Of a DNA stretch of 64,000 nucleotides, positions 60,502-64,000 are shown one piece after another; position 1 is the stretch's first letter; every line of letters starts with the position of its first letter. The notes beneath the pieces are model-generated. The model was not told the DNA's origin and made no database searches. It saw only the letters and a list, made by a program, of their open reading frames with translations. The DNA comes from Amoebidium appalachense (Eukaryota > Protista > Ichthyosporea): NCBI GenBank assembly GCA_963693365.1, contig CAVNZM010000016.1, positions 5,746,529 to 5,810,528 on the forward strand, in the 5' to 3' direction. The position numbers were made by a program, and so were the translations under genes.

Positions 60502-62324
60502 TCTTTTTCTCATCCTCTTCTCGCTGGGGTAAAAGCCAGCACGCCTTTACTGGCGTCATCACAACCATCGGCAGTGGTTAGGTTGTGATCTCAAGGCTAG
60601 CAAGATCGCTAGTCTCTGCACCAGGACAAAATCCAAAAGTACGGGCAAGGAGGGACAGATCATCAGCATAGAGAAGTGCAGGCGGAAAGTTATTAATAGG
60701 GTCATCGTTTTCGGCGTAAATCTTGACAGCCAAATCATCTATAAATAGGTTAAACAAAAAGGGGCTAAGCAATGAACCCTGCAAGAGACCTCTAGTACGA
60801 GCAAAACCATATGAAAGATGCCCATTAACCACAGCTCTACCATAGGTTTGAGACAAGAGTGCTTCTAACAGAACACCAATGCAGTGTGGTACACCCCGTG
60901 CAGCAAGCTTTTCCCATAGGAGACCAGGGGAGACAGAATCGTAAGCAGTTTTCCAATCAATAAAGCCAACATATTGTGCACCAACTTGCATAGAATCGTG
61001 CAGTGCCATTATTTGAACATAACATGAATTGTTTTTACGAAAAGCGGATTGGCATGGGTGTATGTGAAGAATAGATTGAAACCTAGGGTGATGTGCAAAT
61101 AACCTAAGTAAGCAAGCTTCAAAGAATCTACGAACAACCTGGGTTAGTGTAATGGGGCGAAAGGATGATATGGGGCCCTCAGAGTCCTTCTTAACTATGG
61201 GGATCACTAAGGTATCTAACCAAGATGACGGGACATGTCCACATTTAACACACCAAGAAAAGAGAGAGCTTAACATGATAGTAAGATCAGGTTTAATAGC
61301 ACGATCACTTTCCTTTTGTGGGTAGGAGGGAACAAGGATTTTAAGAAACCCAGCAGGGAGTCCATCAGGTCCACAAGACTTACTAGAGCTATAACTAGAT
61401 ATCACAGACCATATGGCATCGGGACTGAAAAAGGGGAGGATCGATTCTATGGGGATAGATGGGTCTACAGGCCACACAATAGGTTTCTGAGCGGGGGTCC
61501 TATCTTTAAACAGTTCCGAGAAATACTTATCAGAGTCTATGAGGGGGTCTCCAGTGGTATCACCAATAATACGAGCAGGGGGGCCAAATCGATTCATACT
61601 AGCAAGCCGGCGCAAGCTTTCCTTTTGAGACAGGGGTTCACCTAGTCTAGCGGGAGTGGTGTTTGGTAACAAGAGAGCATCGGGATATTCCTTCCTACCA
61701 CCGCCAGCATAATCACCGAGATCTATCAAATCATCAACAATAAAGTTAGTGCATGTATCTAGTACGAGATGTGAATCTGGCCTGGCTTGTGCAGATTCTA
61801 ATAGGCGCATATATATAGGGTGTTTCGTAGCATAGCATACACATACATCAACTCTACCCCACTGTGACTTAAGCTGGGATAGACGGAGGCGAAAGGTGGG
61901 AGGGGGGAGGGGGGAGCAGATCAAGGGAGATCTTAGGTAGGAAAAGGATAGGAGAGTGGTCAGATGACCTAGAGAGGTTAGGAGGGAGAGAGAGTTTTGA
62001 CATGGTTGATGGCCAAAAGGCCACTCCCCAGTCGGTGTTGTGGGCATGGGATATTTGAGGGAACCGCAAAGTGTGACTTTGGACATACCTTGCTAAAGGG
62101 ATAGCACGCTCCGGGGGCTTAGATGGGTACCCGACACTCACTTGCAGTGTGTCTGTGTGGTGGAGTCGCGTGTTAAAATCACCTAAAATAACAGTGGACA
62201 TTGGTAACTGTGACAACTCGTGAGTCAATTCGACAACCGACATAGATGGTGGGTAATATACAAAAGTAAAAACATTAGAAAGAAACTCTATAGAAACCGA
62301 GAATTCCGTTTTTGCTACCGGTTT

Positions 62325-64000
62325 GTGTTGGAGTGCAGACTTACGCTCACTCCACAATATGTGTATGTTAGCTTTACAATTGGTTCCGTGTACACAGACA
62401 CACGCTGACACTCGATCACCACATGCACATCTGCATAGTTGAGGAATGTTGCCAATTGTGTTTTGACTGCAAACGATTGGTTCACTGGTCCCAGAGATCT
62501 CTAAATGAAAGTAACCAATCCGATTAGCACCTGGCATCCGGATTACATTCCAGACTGCTGCCCCACGGGTATATAAGCCACGTCTCTGCCAGGTGCAGAC
62601 ATGGAGTTCAGACATGGAGTTCAGTCATGGAGTTAAGTCATGGAGTTAAGTCATGGAGTTCAGTCATGGAGTTAACACACTGAAAGCAGTAAAAAACGGG
62701 TCAGCGCCCAAGCGCGCCACGACGACCCTAGTCACAGCGGACTCTACTTCCAACAGGGTTATGGGCCCAGACACGACACCGCGGCCTCTAACTTCACGTC
62801 CCCTACGACGCCTTGAACGGAGGAGCCCAGAAACCGACTTCTAGGCTGTACCCTACACCCGCGAGCGTATTTCCGTGAAGTAGAGACTTTCGCTTCCACA
62901 AACTCCATCCGCAGCAGCCTGCGACATCAACGTCAAGTATTCCACTTCATTGGCGGGGCACGCACCACAGTGGAATGCACACCCCGGTCTACCCTGCAAG
63001 CAGCCACACTCACTCTCTCTTCTCTAGTGGTGTGTACACTTCTCCAATTGGGTAGGGGTGTTGGAGTGCAGACTTACGCTCACTCCACAATATGTGTATG
63101 TTAGCTTTACAATTGGTTCCGTGTACACAGACACACGCTGACACTCGATCACCACATGCACATCTGCATAGTTGAGGAATGTTGCCAATTGTGTTTTGAC
63201 TGCAAACGATTGGTTCACTGGTCCCAGAGATCTCTAAATGAAAGTAACCAATCCGATTAGCACCTGGCATCCGGATTACATTCCAGACTGCTGCCCCACG
63301 GGTATATAAGCCACGTCTCTGCCAGGTGCAGTCATGGAGTTCAGTCATGGAGTTCAGTCAGACATGGAGTTAACACACTGAAAGCAGTAAAAAAACGGGT
63401 CAGCGCCCAAGCGCGCCACGACGACCCTAGTCACAGCGGACTCTACTTCCAACAGGGTTATGGGCCCAGACACGACACCGCGGCCTCTAACTTCACGTCC
63501 CCTACGACGCCTTGAACGGAGGAGCCCAGAAACCGACTTCTAGGCTGTACCCTACACCCGCGAGCGTATTTCCGTGAAGTAGAGACTTTCGCTTCCACAA
63601 ACTCCATCCGCAGCAGCCTGCGACATCAACGTCAAGTATTCCACTTCATTGGCGGGGCACGCACCACAGTGGAATGCACACCCCGGTCTACCCTGCAAGC
63701 AGCCACACTCACTCTCTCTTCTCTACAGTGGTGTGTACACTTCTCCAATTGGGTAGGGGTGTTGGAGTGCAGACTTACGCTCACTCCACAATATGTGTAT
63801 GTTAGCTTTACAATTGGTTCCGTGTACACAGACACACGCTGACACTCGATCACCACATGCACATCTGCATAGTTGAGGAATGTTGCCAATTGTGTTTTGA
63901 CTGCAAACGATTGGTTCACTGGTCCCAGAGATCTCTAAATGAAAGTAACCAATCCGATTAGCACCTGGCATCCGGATTACATTCCAGACTGCTGCCCCAC
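62325..64000. repeat. Tandem repeat with ~0.7-kb units (starts at 62325, 63058, 63759; continues past the window edge) containing a variable 13-bp subrepeat
   Basis: Near-identical units of 733 and 701 bp. CATGGAGTT(C/A)AG(T/A) occurs 6 times at ~62600-62675 and 3 times at ~63333-63374. Confidence 0.93.

Larger units (their letters stand above)
59609..60638 (+). mobile_element. Tandem-array TRIM (non-autonomous miniature LTR retrotransposon) with tRNA-bearing LTRs. LTRs 59609-59897, 59980-60268, 60350-60638; internal segments 59898-59979 and 60269-60349
   Basis: Three apparently identical 289-bp repeats (TGTTGGA...TCCAAAA). PBS-like TGGTAGCA directly follows LTR1 and LTR2; purine tract GAGTGGGGA directly precedes LTR2 and LTR3. 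5-bp TSD GTACG at 59604-59608 and 60639-60643. Removing the insert restores the LINE frame (YADDLSLLARTPRRLQRLFD). Confidence 0.92.
58221..62324 (-). mobile_element. Non-LTR retrotransposon (LINE; APE endonuclease plus RT), 5'-truncated, frameshifted near 61900 and interrupted at 59609-60638
   Basis: APE motifs VYYPPS, ILGDFN, SDHSPI. RT motifs KSCGPDGL, IPIVKK..SFRPITL, QSAFRK, FIDWKTAYDSV, GLLQGSLLSPFLFNLFIDDL, YADD, LNIDKC, YKYLG. ORF ends at 58451; the A-tract at 58253-58221 is a candidate tail. No TSD found. Confidence 0.93.

Noticed and set aside
59154-60581. Plus-strand ORFs ending ...GVITTIGSG
   Set aside because: Antisense to the LINE RT or running through the tRNA fold; no ATG-led protein-like content.
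59609-60638. Reading the three repeats as a host tRNA gene cluster, a tRNA-SINE trimer or a CRISPR-like array
   Set aside because: The tRNA is internal to a 289-bp unit bounded by PBS, PPT and a 5-bp TSD. There is no SINE tail and there are no unique spacers.
58200-62340. Target-site duplication for the LINE
   Set aside because: Only a short CCAAC match near both ends, not flush with the junctions.

Overview
Eukaryotic genomic DNA, very rich in (CA)n, (CT)n and poly-C/poly-G tracts, so most ORFs in the six-frame track are repeat artefacts. The organism cannot be named from the window; the strong CTRAY branch points and the gene content fit a unicellular opisthokont. Genes I can support: (1) a multi-exon orphan gene on the minus strand (~251-3513); (2) an intronless GFA/CENP-V-family Zn protein; (3) a 19-exon RBBP6/Mpe1 gene (8517-27848) with two single-G frameshifts; (4) an intronless ornithine-decarboxylase-like enzyme with a charge-reversed specificity residue; (5) a MYND-finger gene; (6) an intronless TDT/SLAC1-family transporter with one frameshift. 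The right end holds a Ty3/Gypsy pol remnant, a 5'-truncated APE-RT LINE and a ~0.7-kb tandem repeat. The most striking structure sits inside the LINE RT, just after YADD. It is a 1,030-bp non-coding tandem LTR retro-element (LTR-PBS/PPT-LTR-PBS/PPT-LTR, 5-bp TSD), and each 289-bp LTR carries a complete 73-nt tRNA-like Pol III gene plus several hairpins.
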